From positions 255,254,001 through 255,318,000 of the forward strand of contig OZ024741.1 in assembly GCA_964016885.1 (NCBI GenBank): a stretch of 64,000 nt of DNA, read 5' to 3'. The notes beneath the pieces were generated by a model, which saw only the letters and a program-made list of their open reading frames with translations, searched no databases and had not been told where the DNA came from. The DNA comes from Eledone cirrhosa. Its lineage: Eukaryota. Numbering within the stretch: position 1 is the first letter of the stretch; each line of letters begins with the position of its first letter. Positions 23,901-36,271 of this stretch are shown here, piece by piece. The translations under genes were made by a program, and so were the position numbers.

Positions 23901-26900
23901 TTGCTGTTTTCTCTGTCAGTGCCAGTGTTGTTGTTGCTGTTTTCTGTGTCAGTGCCATTGTTATTGCTGTTGTTGCTGTTTTCTCTGTCAGTGCCAGTGT
24001 TGTTGTTGCTGTTGTTGCTGTTGCTGTTTTCTCTGTCAGTGCCAGTGTTGTTGTAGTTGTTGCTGTTTTCTCTGTCAGTGCCAGTGTTGTAGTTGTTGCT
24101 GTTTTCTGTGTCAGTGCCAGTGTTGTTGTTGTTGCTGTTTTCTCTGTCAGTGCCAGTGTTGTTGTAGTTGTTGCTGTTTTCTGTGTCAGTGACACTGTTG
24201 TTGTTGCTGTTTTCTGTGTCTGTGCCAGTGTTGTTGTTGCTGTTTTCTCTGTCAGTGTCAGTGTTGTTGTTGCTGTTTTCTCTGTCAGTGCCAGTGTTGT
24301 TGTAGTTGTTGCTGTTTTCTGTGTCAGTGCCAGTGTTGTTGTAGTTGTTGCTGTTTTCTCTGTCAGTGCCAGTGTTGTTGTAGTTGTTGCTGTTTTCTCT
24401 GTCAGTGCCAGTGTTGTTGTAGTTGTTGCTGTTTTCTGTGTCAGTGCCAGTGTTTTTGTTGTTGCTGTTTTCTCTGTCAGTGCCAGTGTTGTTGTAGTTG
24501 TTGCTGTTTTCTCTGTCAGTGCCAGTGTTGTTGTAATTGTTGCTGTTTTCTGTGTCAGTGCCAGTGTTGTTGCTGTTGTTGCTGTTTTCTGTGTCAGTGC
24601 CAGTGTTGTAGTTGTTGCTGTTTAATTGGTCAGTGCCAGTGTTGTTGTAGTTGTTGCTGTTTTCTCTGTCAGTGCCAGTGTTGTTGTAGTTGTTGCTGTT
24701 TTCTCTGTCAGTGCCAGTGTTGTTGTTGTTGTTGCTGTTTTCTCTGTCAGTGCCAGTGTTGTAGTTGTTGCTGTTTTCTCTGTCAGTGCCAGTGTTGTTG
24801 TAGTTGTTGCTGTTTTCTGTGTCAGTGCCAGTGTTGTTGTTGTTGCTGTTTTCTGTGTCAGTGCCAGTGTTGTTGTTGTTGCTATTTTCACTGTCAGTGC
24901 CAGTGTTGTTGCTGTTGCTGTTTTCTCTGTCAGTGCCATTGATGTTGTAGTTGTTGCTGTTTTCTGTGTTAGTGCCAGTGTTGTTGTAGTTGTTGCTGTT
25001 TTCTGTGTCAGTGCCAGTGTTGTTGCTGTCGCTGTTTTCTCTGTCAGTGCCAGTGTTGTTGTAGTTGTTGCTGCTTTCTCTGTCAGTGCCAGTGTTGTTG
25101 TAGTTGTTGCTGTTATCTGTGTCAGTGCCAGTGTTGTTGTTGTTGCTGTTTTCTCTGTCAGTGCCAGTGTTGTTGTAGTTGTTGCTGTTTTCTGTGTCAG
25201 TGCCACTGTTGTTGTTGCTGTTTTCTCTGTCAGTGCCAGTGTTGTTGTAGTTTTTGCTGTTTTCTGTGTCAGTGCCAGTGTTGTTGTTGCTGTTGTTGCT
25301 GTTTTCCGTGCCAGTGTTGTTGTAGTTGTTGCTGTTTTCTGTGTCAGTGCCGGTGTTGTTGTTGTTGCTGTTTTCTCTGTCAGTGCCAGTGTTGTTGCTG
25401 TTGCTGTTTTCTCTGTCAGTGCCAGTGTTGTTGTTGTTTTCTGTGTCAGTGCCAGTGTTGTTGTAGTTGTTGCTGTTTTCTGTGTCAGTGCCAGTGTTGT
25501 TGTAGTTGTTGCTGTTTTCTGTGTCAGTGCCAGTGTTGTTGTAGTTGTTGCTGTTTTCTCTGTCAGTGCCAGTGTTGTTGTAGTTGTTGCTGTTTTCTCT
25601 GTCAGTGCCAGTGTTGTTGTAGTTGTTGCTGTTTTCTGTGTCAATGCCAGTGTTGTTGTTGTTGCTGTTTTCTCTGTCAGTGCCAGTGTTGTAGTTGTTG
25701 CTGTTTTCTCTGTCAGTGCCAGTGTTGTTGTAGTTGTTGCTGTTTTCTGTGTCAGTGCCAGTGTTGTTGCTGTTGTTGCAGTTTTCTGTGTCAGTGCCAG
25801 TGTTGTTGTTGTTGCTGTTTTCTCTGTCAGTGCCAGTGTTTTTGTTGTTGCTGTTTTCTGTGTCAGTGCCAGTGTTGTTCTAGTTGTTGCTGTTTTCTGT
25901 GTCAGTGCCAGTGTTGTTGTAGTTGTTGCTGTTTTCTCTGTCAGTGCCAGTGTTGTTGTAGTTGTTGCTGTTTTCTCTGTCAGTGCCAGTGTTGTTGTAG
26001 TTGTTGCTGTTTGCTGTGTCAGTGCCAGTGTTGTTGTTGTTGCTGTTTTCTCTGTCAGTGCCAGTGTTGTTGTAGTTATTGCTGTTTTCTGTGTCAGTGC
26101 CACTGTTGTTGTTGCTGTTTTCTGTGTCAGTGCCAGTGTTGTTGTTGTTGCTGTTTTCTCTGTCAGTGCCAGTGTTGTTGTTGCTGTTTTCTCTGTCAGT
26201 GCCAGAGTTGTTGTTGCTGTTTTCTGTGTCAGTGCCATTGTTATTGCTGTTGTTGCTGTTTTCTCTGTCAGTGCCAGTGTTGTTGTTGCTGTTGTTGCTG
26301 TTGCTGTTTTCTCTGTCAGTGCCAGTGTTGTTGTAGTTGTTGCTGTTTTCTCTGTCAGTGCCAGTGTTGTAGTTGTTGCTGTTTTCTGTGTCAGTGCCAG
26401 TGTTGTTGTTGTTGCTGTTTTCTCTGTCAGTGCCAGTGTTGTTGTAGTTGTTGCTGATGTCTCTGTCAGTGCCAGTGTTGTTGTAGTTGTTGCTGTTTTC
26501 TGTGTCAGTGCCAGTGTTGTTGTTGTTGCTGTTTTCTCTGTCAGTGCCAGTGTTGTTGTAGTTGTTGCTGTTTTCTGTGTCAGTGCCATTGTTGTTGTAG
26601 TTGTTGCCGTTTTCTCTGTCAGTGCCAGTGTTGTTGTAGTTGTTGCTGTTTTCTGTGTCAGTGCCAGTGTTGTTGTTGCTGTTTTCTCTGTCAGTGCCAG
26701 TGTTGTTGTAGTTGTTGCTGTTTTCTCTGTCAGTGCCAGTTTTGTTGTAGTTTTTGCTGTTTTCTGTGTCAGTGCCAGTGTTGTTGTAGTTGTTGCTGTT
26801 TTCTTTGTCAGTGGCAGTGTTGTTGTTGTTGCTGTTTTCTCTGTCAGTGCCAGTGTTGTAGTTGTTGCTGTTTTCTCTGTCAGTGCCAGTGTTGTTGTTG

Positions 26901-29900
26901 TTGTTGCTGTTTTCTCTGTCAGTGCCAGTGTTGTTGTTGTTGCTATTTTCACTGTCAGTGCCAGTGTTGTTGTTGTTGCTATTTTCACTGTCAGTGCCAG
27001 TGTTGATGTTGTTGCTATTTTCACTGTCAGTGCCAGTGTTGTTGTTGTTACTGTTGCTGTTTTCTGTGTCAGTGCCAGTGTAGTTGTTGTTACTGTTGCT
27101 GTTTCCTGTGCCACTGCCAGTGTTATTGTTGCTGTTGTTGCTGTGTTGTCTGTCAGTGCCAGTGTTGTAGTTGTTGCTGTTTTCTCTGTCAGTGCCAGTG
27201 TTGTTGTAGTTGTTGCTGTTTTATGTGTCAGTGCCAGTGTTGTTGTTGTTGCTGTTTTCTGTGTCAGTGCCAGTGTTGTTGTTGTTGCTATTTTCACTGT
27301 TAGTGCCAGTGTTGTTGCTGTTGCTGTTTTCTCTGTCAGTGCCAGTGATGTTGTAGTTGTTGCTGTTTTCTGTGTTAGTGCCAGTGTTGTTGTAGTTGTT
27401 GCTGTTTTCTGTGTCAGTGCCAGTGTTGTTGCTGTTGCTGTTTTCTCTGTCAGTGCCAGTGTTGTTGTAGTTGTTGCTGCTTTCTCTCTCAGTGCCAGTG
27501 TTGTTGTAGTTGTTTCTGTTTTCTGTCTCAGTGCCAGTGTTGTTGTTGTTGCTGTTTTCTCTGTCAGTGCCAGTGTTGTTGTAGTTGTTGCTGTTTTCTG
27601 TGTAAGTGCCACTGTTGTTGTTGCTGTTTTCTGTGTCTGTGCCAGTGTTGTTGTTGTTGCTGTTTTCTCTGTCAGTGCCAGTGTTGTTGTTGCTGTTTTC
27701 TCTGTCAGTGTCAGTGTTGTTGTAGTTGTTGCTGTTTTCTGTGTCAGTGCCACTGTTGTTGTTGCTGTTTTCTGTGTCAGTGCCAGTGTTGTTGTTGTTG
27801 CTGTTTTCTCTGTCAGTGCCAGTGTTGTAGTTGTTGCTGTTTTCTCTGTCAGTGCCAGTGTTGTTGTAGTTGTTGCTGTTTTCTGTGTCAGTGCCAGTGT
27901 TGTTGTTGTTGCTGTTTTCTGTGTCAGTGCCAGTGTTGTTGTTGCTATTTTCACTGTCAGTGCCAGTGTTGTTGCTGTTGCTGTTTTCTCTGTCAGTGCC
28001 AGTGTTGTTGTAGTTGTTGCTGTTTTCTCTGTCAGTGCCAGTGTTGTTGTAGTTGTTGCTGTTTTTTGTGTCAGTGCCAGTGTTGTTGTAGTTGTTGCTG
28101 TTTTCTCTGTCAGTGCCAGTGTTGTTGTAGTTGTTGCTGTTTTCTGTGTCAGTGCCAGTGTTGTTGTTGTTGCTGTTTTCTCTGTCAGTGCCAGTGATGT
28201 TGTAGTTGTTGCTGTTTTCTGTGTTAGTGCCACTGTTGTTGTAGTTGTTGCTGTTTTCTGTGTCAGTACCAGTGTTGTTGCTGTTGCTGTTTTCTCTGTC
28301 AGTGCCAGTGTTGTTGTAGTTGTTGCTGCTTTCTCTGACAGTGCCAGTGTTGTAGTTGTTTCTGTTTTCTGTGTCAGTGCCAGTGTTGTTGTTGTTGCTG
28401 TTTTCTCTGTCAGTGCCAGTGTTGTTGTAGTTGTTGCTGTTTTCTGTGTCAGTGCCACTGTTGTTGTTGCTGTTTTCTGTGTCTGTGCCAGTGTTGTTGT
28501 TGGTGTTTTCTCTGTCAGTGCCAGTGTTGTTGTTGCTGTTTTCTGTGTCAGTGCCAGTGTTGTTGTAGTTGTTGCTGTTTTCTGTGTCAGTGCCAGTGTT
28601 GTTGTAGTTGTTGCTGTTTTCTCTGTCAGTGCCAGTGTTGTTGTAGTTGTTGCTGTTTTCTCTGTCAGTGCCAGTGTTGTTGTAGTTGTTGCTGTTTTCT
28701 GTGTCAGTGCCAGTGTTTTTGTTGTTGCTGTTTTCTCTGTCAGTGCCAGTGTTGTTGTAGTTGTTGCTATTTTCTCTGTCAGTGCCAGTGTTGTTGTAAT
28801 TGTTGCTGTTTTCTGTGTCAGTGCCAGTGTTGTTGCTGTTGTTGCTGTTTTCTGTGTCAGTGCCAGTGTTGTTGTTGTTGCTGTTTTCTGTGTCAGTGCC
28901 AGTGTTGTTGTTGCTATTTTCACTGTCAGTGCCAGTGTTGTTGTAGCTGTTGCTGTTTTCTGTGTCAGTGCCAGTGTTGTTGTAGTTGTTGCTGTTTAAT
29001 GTGTCAGTGCCAGTGTTGTTGTAGTTGTTGCTGTTTTCTCTGTCAGTGCCAGTGTTGTTGTAGTTGTTGCTGTTTTCTCTGTCAGTGCCAGTGTTGTTGT
29101 AGTTGTTGCTGTTTTCTGTGTCAGTGCCAGTGTTGTTGTTGTTGCTGTTTTCTCTGTCAGTGCCAGTGTTGTTGTAGTTGTTGCTGTTTTCTCTGTCAGT
29201 GCCAGTGTTGTTGTAGTTGTTGCTGTTTTTTGTGTCAGTGCCAGTGTTGTTGTAGTTGTTGCTGTTTTCTCTGTCAGTGCCAGTGTTGTTGTTGTTGTTG
29301 CTGTTTTCTCTGTCAGTGCCAGTGTTGTAGTTGTTGCTGTTTTCTCTGTCAGTGCCAGTGTTGTTGTAGTTGTTGCTGTTTTCTGTGTCAGTGCCAGTGT
29401 TGTTGTTGTTGCTGTTTTCTGTGTCAGTGCCAGTGTTGTTGTTGTTGCTATTTTCACTGTCAGTGCCAGTGTTGTTGCTGTTGCTGTTTTCTCTGTCAGT
29501 GCCAGTGGTGTTGTAGTTGTTGCTGTTTTCTGTGTTAGTGCCAGTGTTGTTGTAGTTGTTGCTGTTTTCTGTGTCAGTGCCAGTGTTGTTGCTGTCGCTG
29601 TTTTCTCTGTCAGTGCCAGTGTTGTTGTAGTTGTTGCTGCTTTCTCTGTCAGTGCCAGTGTTGTTGTAGTTGTTGCTGTTATCTGTGTCAGTGCCAGTGT
29701 TGTTGTTGTTGCTGTTTTCTCTGTCAGTGCCAGTGTTGTTGTAGTTGTTGCTGTTTTCTGTGTCAGTGCCACTGTTGTTGTTGCTGTTTTCTCTGTCAGT
29801 GCCAGTGTTGTTGTAGTTTTTGCTGTTTTCTGTGTCAGTGCCAGTGTTGTTGTTGCTGTTGTTGCTGTTTTCCGTGCCAGTGTTGTTGTAGTTGTTGCTG

Positions 29901-32900
29901 TTTTCTGTGTCAGTGCCGGTGTTGTTGTTGTTGCTGTTTTCTCTGTCAGTGCCAGTGTTGTTGTTGTTGCTTTTTTCTCTGTCAGTGCCAGTGTTGTTGT
30001 TGTTGTTTTCTGTGTCAGTGCCAGTGTTGTTGTAGTTGTTGCTGTTTTCTGTGTCAGTGCCAGTGTTGTTGTAGTTGTTGCTGTTTTCTGTGTCAGTGCC
30101 AGTGTTGTTGTAGTTGTTGCTGTTTTCTCTGTCAGTGCCAGTGTTGTTGTAGTTGTTGCTGTTTTCTCTGTCAGTGCCAGTGTTGTTGTAGTTGTTGCTG
30201 TTTTCTGTGTCAATGCCAGTGTTGTTGTTGTTGCTGTTTTCTCTGTCAGTGCCAGTGTTGTAGTTGTTGCTGTTTTCTCTGTCAGTGCCAGTGTTGTTGT
30301 AGTTGTTGCTGTTTTCTGTGTCAGTGCCAGTGTTGTTGCTGTTGTTGCAGTTTTCTGTGTCAGTGCCAGTGTTGTTGTTGTTGCTGTTTTCTCTGTCAGT
30401 GCCAGTGTTTTTGTTGTTGCTGTTTTCTGTGTCAGTGCCAGTGTTGTTCTAGTTGTTGCTGTTTTCTGTGTCAGTGCCAGTGTTGTTGTAGTTGTTGCTG
30501 TTTTCTCTGTCAGTGCCAGTGTTGTTGTAGTTGTTGCTGTTTTCTCTGTCAGTGCCAGTGTTGTTGTAGTTGTTGCTGTTTTCTGTGTCAGTGCCAGTGT
30601 TGTTGTTGTTGCTGTTTTCTCTGTCAGTGCCAGTGTTGTTGTAGTTATTGCTGTTTTCTGTGTCAGTGCCACTGTTGTTGTTGCTGTTTTCTGTGTTAGT
30701 GCCAGTGTTGTTGTTGTTGCTGTTTTCTCTGTCAGTGCCAGTGTTGTTGTTGCTGTTTTCTCTGTCAGTGCCAGTGTTGTTGTTGCTGTTTTCTGTGTCA
30801 GTGCCATTGTTATTGCTGTTGTTGCTGTTTTCTCTGTCAGTGCCAGTGTTGTTGTTGCTGTTGTTGCTGTTGCTGTTTTCTCTGTCAGTGCCAGTGTTGT
30901 TGTAGTTGTTGCTGTTTTCTCTGTCAGTGCCAGTGTTGTAGTTGTTGCTGTTTTCTGTGTCAGTGCCAGTGTTGTTGTTGTTGCTGTTTTCTCTGTCAGT
31001 GCCAGTGTTGTTGTAGTTGTTGCTGTTTTCTGTGTCAGTGACACTGTTGTTGTTGCTGTTTTCTGTGTCTGTGCCAGTGTTGTTGTTGCTGTTTTCTCTG
31101 TCAGTGTCAGTGTTGTTGTTGCTGTTTTCTCTGTCAGTGCCAGTGTTGTTGTAGTTGTTGCTGTTTTCTGTGTCAGTGCCAGTGTTGTTGTAGTTGTTGC
31201 TGTTTTCTCTGTCAGTGCCAGTGTTGTTGTAGTTGTTGCTGTTTTCTCTGTCAGTGCCAGTGTTGTTGTAGTTGTTGCTGTTTTCTGTGTCAGTGCCAGT
31301 GTTTTTGTTGTTGCTGTTTTCTCTGTCAGTGCCAGTGTTGTTGTAGTTGTTGCTGTTTTCTCTGTCAGTGCCAGTGTTGTTGTAATTGTTGCTGTTTTCT
31401 GTGTCAGTGCCAGTGTTGTTGCTGTTGTTGCTGTTTTCTGTGTCAGTGCCAGTGTTGTAGTTGTTGCTGTTTAATTGGTCAGTGCCAGTGTTGTTGTAGT
31501 TGTTGCTGTTTTCTCTGTCAGTGCCAGTGTTGTTGTAGTTGTTGCTGTTTTCTCTGTCAGTGCCAGTGTTGTTGTAGTTGTTGCTGTTTTCTGTGTCAGT
31601 GCCAGTGTTGTTGTTGTTGCTGTTTTCTCTGTCAGTGCCAGTGTTGTTGTAGTTGTTGCTGTTTTCTCTGTCAGTGCCAGTGTTGTTGTAGTTGTTGCTG
31701 TTTTTTGTGTCACTGCCAGTGTTGTTGTAGTTGTTGCTGTTTTCTCTGTCAGTGCCAGTGTTGTTGTTGTTGTTGCTGTTTTCTCTGTCAGTGCCAGTGT
31801 TGTAGTTGTTGCTGTTTTCTCTGTCAGTGCCAGTGTTGTTGTAGTTGTTGCTGTTTTCTGTGTCAGTGCCAGTGTTGTTGTTGTTGCTGTTTTCTGTGTC
31901 AGTGCCAGTGTTGTTGTTGTTGCTATTTTCACTGTCAGTGCCAGTGTTGTTGCTGTTGCTGTTTTCTCTGTCAGTGCCATTGATGTTGTAGTTGTTGCTG
32001 TTTTCTGTGTTAGTGCCAGTGTTGTTGTAGTTGTTGCTGTTTTCTGTGTCAGTGCCAGTGTTGTTGCTGTCGCTGTTTTCTCTGTCAGTGCCAGTGTTGT
32101 TGTAGTTGTTGCTGCTTTCTCTGTCAGTGCCAGTGTTGTTGTAGTTGTTGCTGTTATCTGTGTCAGTGCCAGTGTTGTTGTTGTTGCTGTTTTCTCTGTC
32201 AGTGCCAGTGTTGTTGTAGTTGTTGCTGTTTTCTGTGTCAGTGCCACTGTTGTTGTTGCTGTTTTCTCTGTCAGTGCCAGTGTTGTTGTAGTTTTTGCTG
32301 TTTTCTGTGTCAGTGCCAGTGTTGTTGTTGCTGTTGTTGCTGTTTTCCGTGCCAGTGTTGTTGTAGTTGTTGCTGTTTTCTGTGTCAGTGCCGGTGTTGT
32401 TGTTGTTGCTGTTTTCTCTGTCAGTGCCAGTGTTGTTGCTGTTGCTGTTTTCTCTGTCAGTGCCAGTGTTGTTGTTGTTTTCTGTGTCAGTGCCAGTGTT
32501 GTTGTAGTTGTTGCTGTTTTCTGTGTCAGTGCCAGTGTTGTTGTAGTTGTTGCTGTTTTCTGTGTCAGTGCCAGTGTTGTTGTAGTTGTTGCTGTTTTCT
32601 CTGTCAGTGCCAGTGTTGTTGTAGTTGTTGCTGTTTTCTCTGTCAGTGCCAGTGTTGTTGTAGTTGTTGCTGTTTTCTGTGTCAATGCCAGTGTTGTTGT
32701 TGTTGCTGTTTTCTCTGTCAGTGCCAGTGTTTTTGTTGTTGCTGTTTTCTGTGTCAGTGCCAGTGTTGTTCTAGTTGTTGCTGTTTTCTGTGTCAGTGCC
32801 AGTGTTGTTGTAGTTGTTGCTGTTTTCTCTGTCAGTGCCAGTGTTGTTGTAGTTGTTGCTGTTTTCTCTGTCAGTGCCAGTGTTGTTGTAGTTGTTGCTG

Positions 32901-34715
32901 TTTGCTGTGTCAGTGCCAGTGTTGTTGTTGTTGCTGTTTTCTCTGTCAGTGCCAGTGTTGTTGTAGTTATTGCTGTTTTCTGTGTCAGTGCCACTGTTGT
33001 TGTTGCTGTTTTCTGTGTCAGTGCCAGTGTTGTTGTTGTTGCTGTTTTCTCTGTCAGTGCCAGTGTTGTTGTTGCTGTTTTCTCTGTCAGTGCCAGAGTT
33101 GTTGTTGCTGTTTTCTGTGTCAGTGCCATTGTTATTGCTGTTGTTGCTGTTTTCTCTGTCAGTGCCAGTGTTGTTGTTGCTGTTGTTGCTGTTGCTGTTT
33201 TCTCTGTCAGTGCCAGTGTTGTTGTAGTTGTTGCTGTTTTCTCTGTCAGTGCCAGTGTTGTAGTTGTTGCTGTTTTCTGTGTCAGTGCCAGTGTTGTTGT
33301 TGTTGCTGTTTTCTCTGTCAGTGCCAGTGTTGTTGTAGTTGTTGCTGATGTCTCTGTCAGTGCCAGTGTTGTTGTAGTTGTTGCTGTTTTCTGTGTCAGT
33401 GCCAGTGTTGTTGTTGTTGCTGTTTTCTCTGTCAGTGCCAGTGTTGTTGTAGTTGTTGCTGTTTTCTGTGTCAGTGCCATTGTTGTTGTAGTTGTTGCCG
33501 TTTTCTCTGTCAGTGCCAGTGTTGTTGTAGTTGTTGCTGTTTTCTGTGTCAGTGCCAGTGTTGTTGTTGCTGTTTTCTCTGTCAGTGCCAGTGTTGTTGT
33601 AGTTGTTGCTGTTTTCTCTGTCAGTGCCAGTTTTGTTGTAGTTTTTGCTGTTTTCTGTGTCAGTGCCAGTGTTGTTGTAGTTGTTGCTGTTTTCTTTGTC
33701 AGTGGCAGTGTTGTTGTTGTTGCTGTTTTCTCTGTCAGTGCCAGTGTTGTAGTTGTTGCTGTTTTCTCTGTCAGTGCCAGTGTTGTTGTTGTTGTTGCTG
33801 TTTTCTCTGTCAGTGCCAGTGTTGTTGTTGTTGCTATTTTCACTGTCAGTGCCAGTGTTGTTGTTGTTGCTATTTTCACTGTCAGTGCCAGTGTTGATGT
33901 TGTTGCTATTTTCACTGTCAGTGCCAGTGTTGTTGTTGTTACTGTTGCTGTTTTCTGTGTCAGTGCCAGTGTAGTTGTTGTTACTGTTGCTGTTTCCTGT
34001 GCCACTGCCAGTGTTATTGTTGCTGTTGTTGCTGTGTTGTCTGTCAGTGCCAGTGTTGTAGTTGTTGCTGTTTTCTCTGTCAGTGCCAGTGTTGTTGTAG
34101 TTGTTGCTGTTTTATGTGTCAGTGCCAGTGTTGTTGTTGTTGCTGTTTTCTGTGTCAGTGCCAGTGTTGTTGTTGTTGCTATTTTCACTGTTAGTGCCAG
34201 TGTTGTTGCTGTTGCTGTTTTCTCTGTCAGTGCCAGTGATGTTGTAGTTGTTGCTGTTTTCTGTGTTAGTGCCAGTGTTGTTGTAGTTGTTGCTGTTTTC
34301 TGTGTCAGTGCCAGTGTTGTTGCTGTTGCTGTTTTCTCTGTCAGTGCCAGTGTTGTTGTAGTTGTTGCTGCTTTCTCTCTCAGTGCCAGTGTTGTTGTAG
34401 TTGTTTCTGTTTTCTGTCTCAGTGCCAGTGTTGTTGTTGTTGCTGTTTTCTCTGTCAGTGCCAGTGTTGTTGTAGTTGTTGCTGTTTTCTGTGTAAGTGC
34501 CACTGTTGTTGTTGCTGTTTTCTGTGTCTGTGCCAGTGTTGTTGTTGTTGCTGTTTTCTCTGTCAGTGCCAGTGTTGTTGTTGCTGTTTTCTCTGTCAGT
34601 GTCAGTGTTGTTGTAGTTGTTGCTGTTTTCTGTGTCAGTGCCACTGTTGTTGTTGCTGTTTTCTGTGTCAGTGCCAGTGTTGTTGTTGTTGCTGTTTTCT
34701 CTGTCAGTGCCAGTG
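20970..34715 (+). repeat. Tandem duplication of a ~6.85-6.9 kb block (~20970-27825 and ~27826-34715)
   Basis: Identical 682-aa translations at 22147..24195 and 28996..31044 (+6849). Stop markers at 24622/31471 (+6849). Markers at 26011/32902 and 26862/33753 (+6891). Boundaries are approximate. Confidence 0.85.
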
Positions 34716-36271
34716 TTGTTGTTGCTGTTTTCTCTGTCAGTGCCAGAGTTGTTGTTGCTGTTTTCTGTGTCAGTGCCATTGTTATTGCTGTTGTTGCTGT
34801 TTTCTCTGTCAGTGCCAGTGTTGTTGTTGCTGTTGTTGCTGTTGCTGTTTTCTCTGTCAGTGCCAGTGTTGTTGTAGTTGTTGCTGTTTTCTCTGTCAGT
34901 GCCAGTGTTGTAGTTGTTGCTGTTTTCTGTGTCAGTGCCAGTGTTGTTGTTGTTGCTGTTTTCTCTGTCAGTGCCAGTGTTGTTGTAGTTGTTGCTGATG
35001 TCTCTGTCAGTGCCAGTGTTGTTGTAGTTGTTGCTGTTTTCTGTGTCAGTGCCAGTGTTGTTGTTGTTGCTGTTTTCTCTGTCAGTGCCAGTGTTGTTGT
35101 AGTTGTTGCTGTTTTCTGTGTCAGTGCCATTGTTGTTGTAGTTGTTGCCGTTTTCTCTGTCAGTGCCAGTTTTGTTGTAGTTGTTGCTGTTTTCTGTGTC
35201 AGTGCCAGTGTTGTTGTTGCTGTTTTCTCTGTCAGTGCCAGTGTTGTTGTAGTTGTTGCTGTTTTCTCTGTCAGTGCCAGTTTTGTTGTAGTTTTTGCTG
35301 TTTTCTGTGTCAGTGCCAGTGTTGTTGTAGTTGTTGCTGTTTTCTTTGTCAGTGGCAGTGTTGTTGTTGTTGCTGTTTTCTCTGTCAGTGCCAGTGTTGT
35401 AGTTGTTGCTGTTTTCTCTGTCAGTGCCAGTGTTGTTGTTGTTGTTGCTGTTTTCTCTGTCAGTGCCAGTGTTGTTGTTGTTGCTATTTTCACTGTCAGT
35501 GCCAGTGTTGTTGTTGTTGCTATTTTCACTGTCAGTGCCAGTGTTGATGTTGTTGCTATTTTCACTGTCAGTGCCAGTGTTGTTGTTGTTACTGTTGCTG
35601 TTTTCTGTGTCAGTGCCAGTGTAGTTGTTGTTACTGTTGCTGTTTCCTGTGCCACTGCCAGTGTTATTGTTGCTGTTGTTGCTGTGTTGTCTGTCAGTGC
35701 CAGTGTTGTAGTTGTTGCTGTTTTCTCTGTCAGTGCCAGTGTTGTTGTAGTTGTTGCTGTTTTATGTGTCAGTGCCAGTGTTGTTGTTGTTGCTGTTTTC
35801 TGTGTCAGTGCCAGTGTTGTTGTTGTTGCTATTTTCACTGTTAGTGCCAGTGTTGTTGCTGTTGCTGTTTTCTCTGTCAGTGCCAGTGATGTTGTAGTTG
35901 TTGCTGTTTTCTGTGTTAGTGCCAGTGTTGTTGTAGTTGTTGCTGTTTTCTGTGTCAGTGCCAGTGTTGTTGCTGTTGCTGTTTTCTCTGTCAGTGCCAG
36001 TGTTGTTGTAGTTGTTGCTGCTTTCTCTCTCAGTGCCAGTGTTGTTGTAGTTGTTTCTGTTTTCTGTCTCAGTGCCAGTGTTGTTGTTGTTGCTGTTTTC
36101 TCTGTCAGTGCCAGTGTTGTTGTAGTTGTTGCTGTTTTCTGTGTAAGTGCCACTGTTGTTGTTGCTGTTTTCTGTGTCTGTGCCAGTGTTGTTGTTGTTG
36201 CTGTTTTCTCTGTCAGTGCCAGTGTTGTTGTTGCTGTTTTCTCTGTCAGTGTCAGTGTTGTTGTAGTTGTT
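32972..36271 (+). repeat. Internal tandem duplication, 1650-bp period
   Basis: GCCAGAGTT at 33092 and 34742. The GCTGATGTCTCT, AGTGGCAGT and GTGTAAGT markers are each repeated +1650. ORF twins at 33753/35403. Confidence 0.9.

Larger units (their letters stand above)
6700..27730 (+). repeat. Higher-order paralogy of ~6700-14950 with ~20400-27730 (offset 12.7-13.7 kb)
   Basis: 6748/20454, 7175/20881 and 8441/22147 (+13706); 9413/22147 (+12734); 11656/24622 (+12966); 13234/26011 and 14085/26862 (+12777). Confidence 0.8.
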
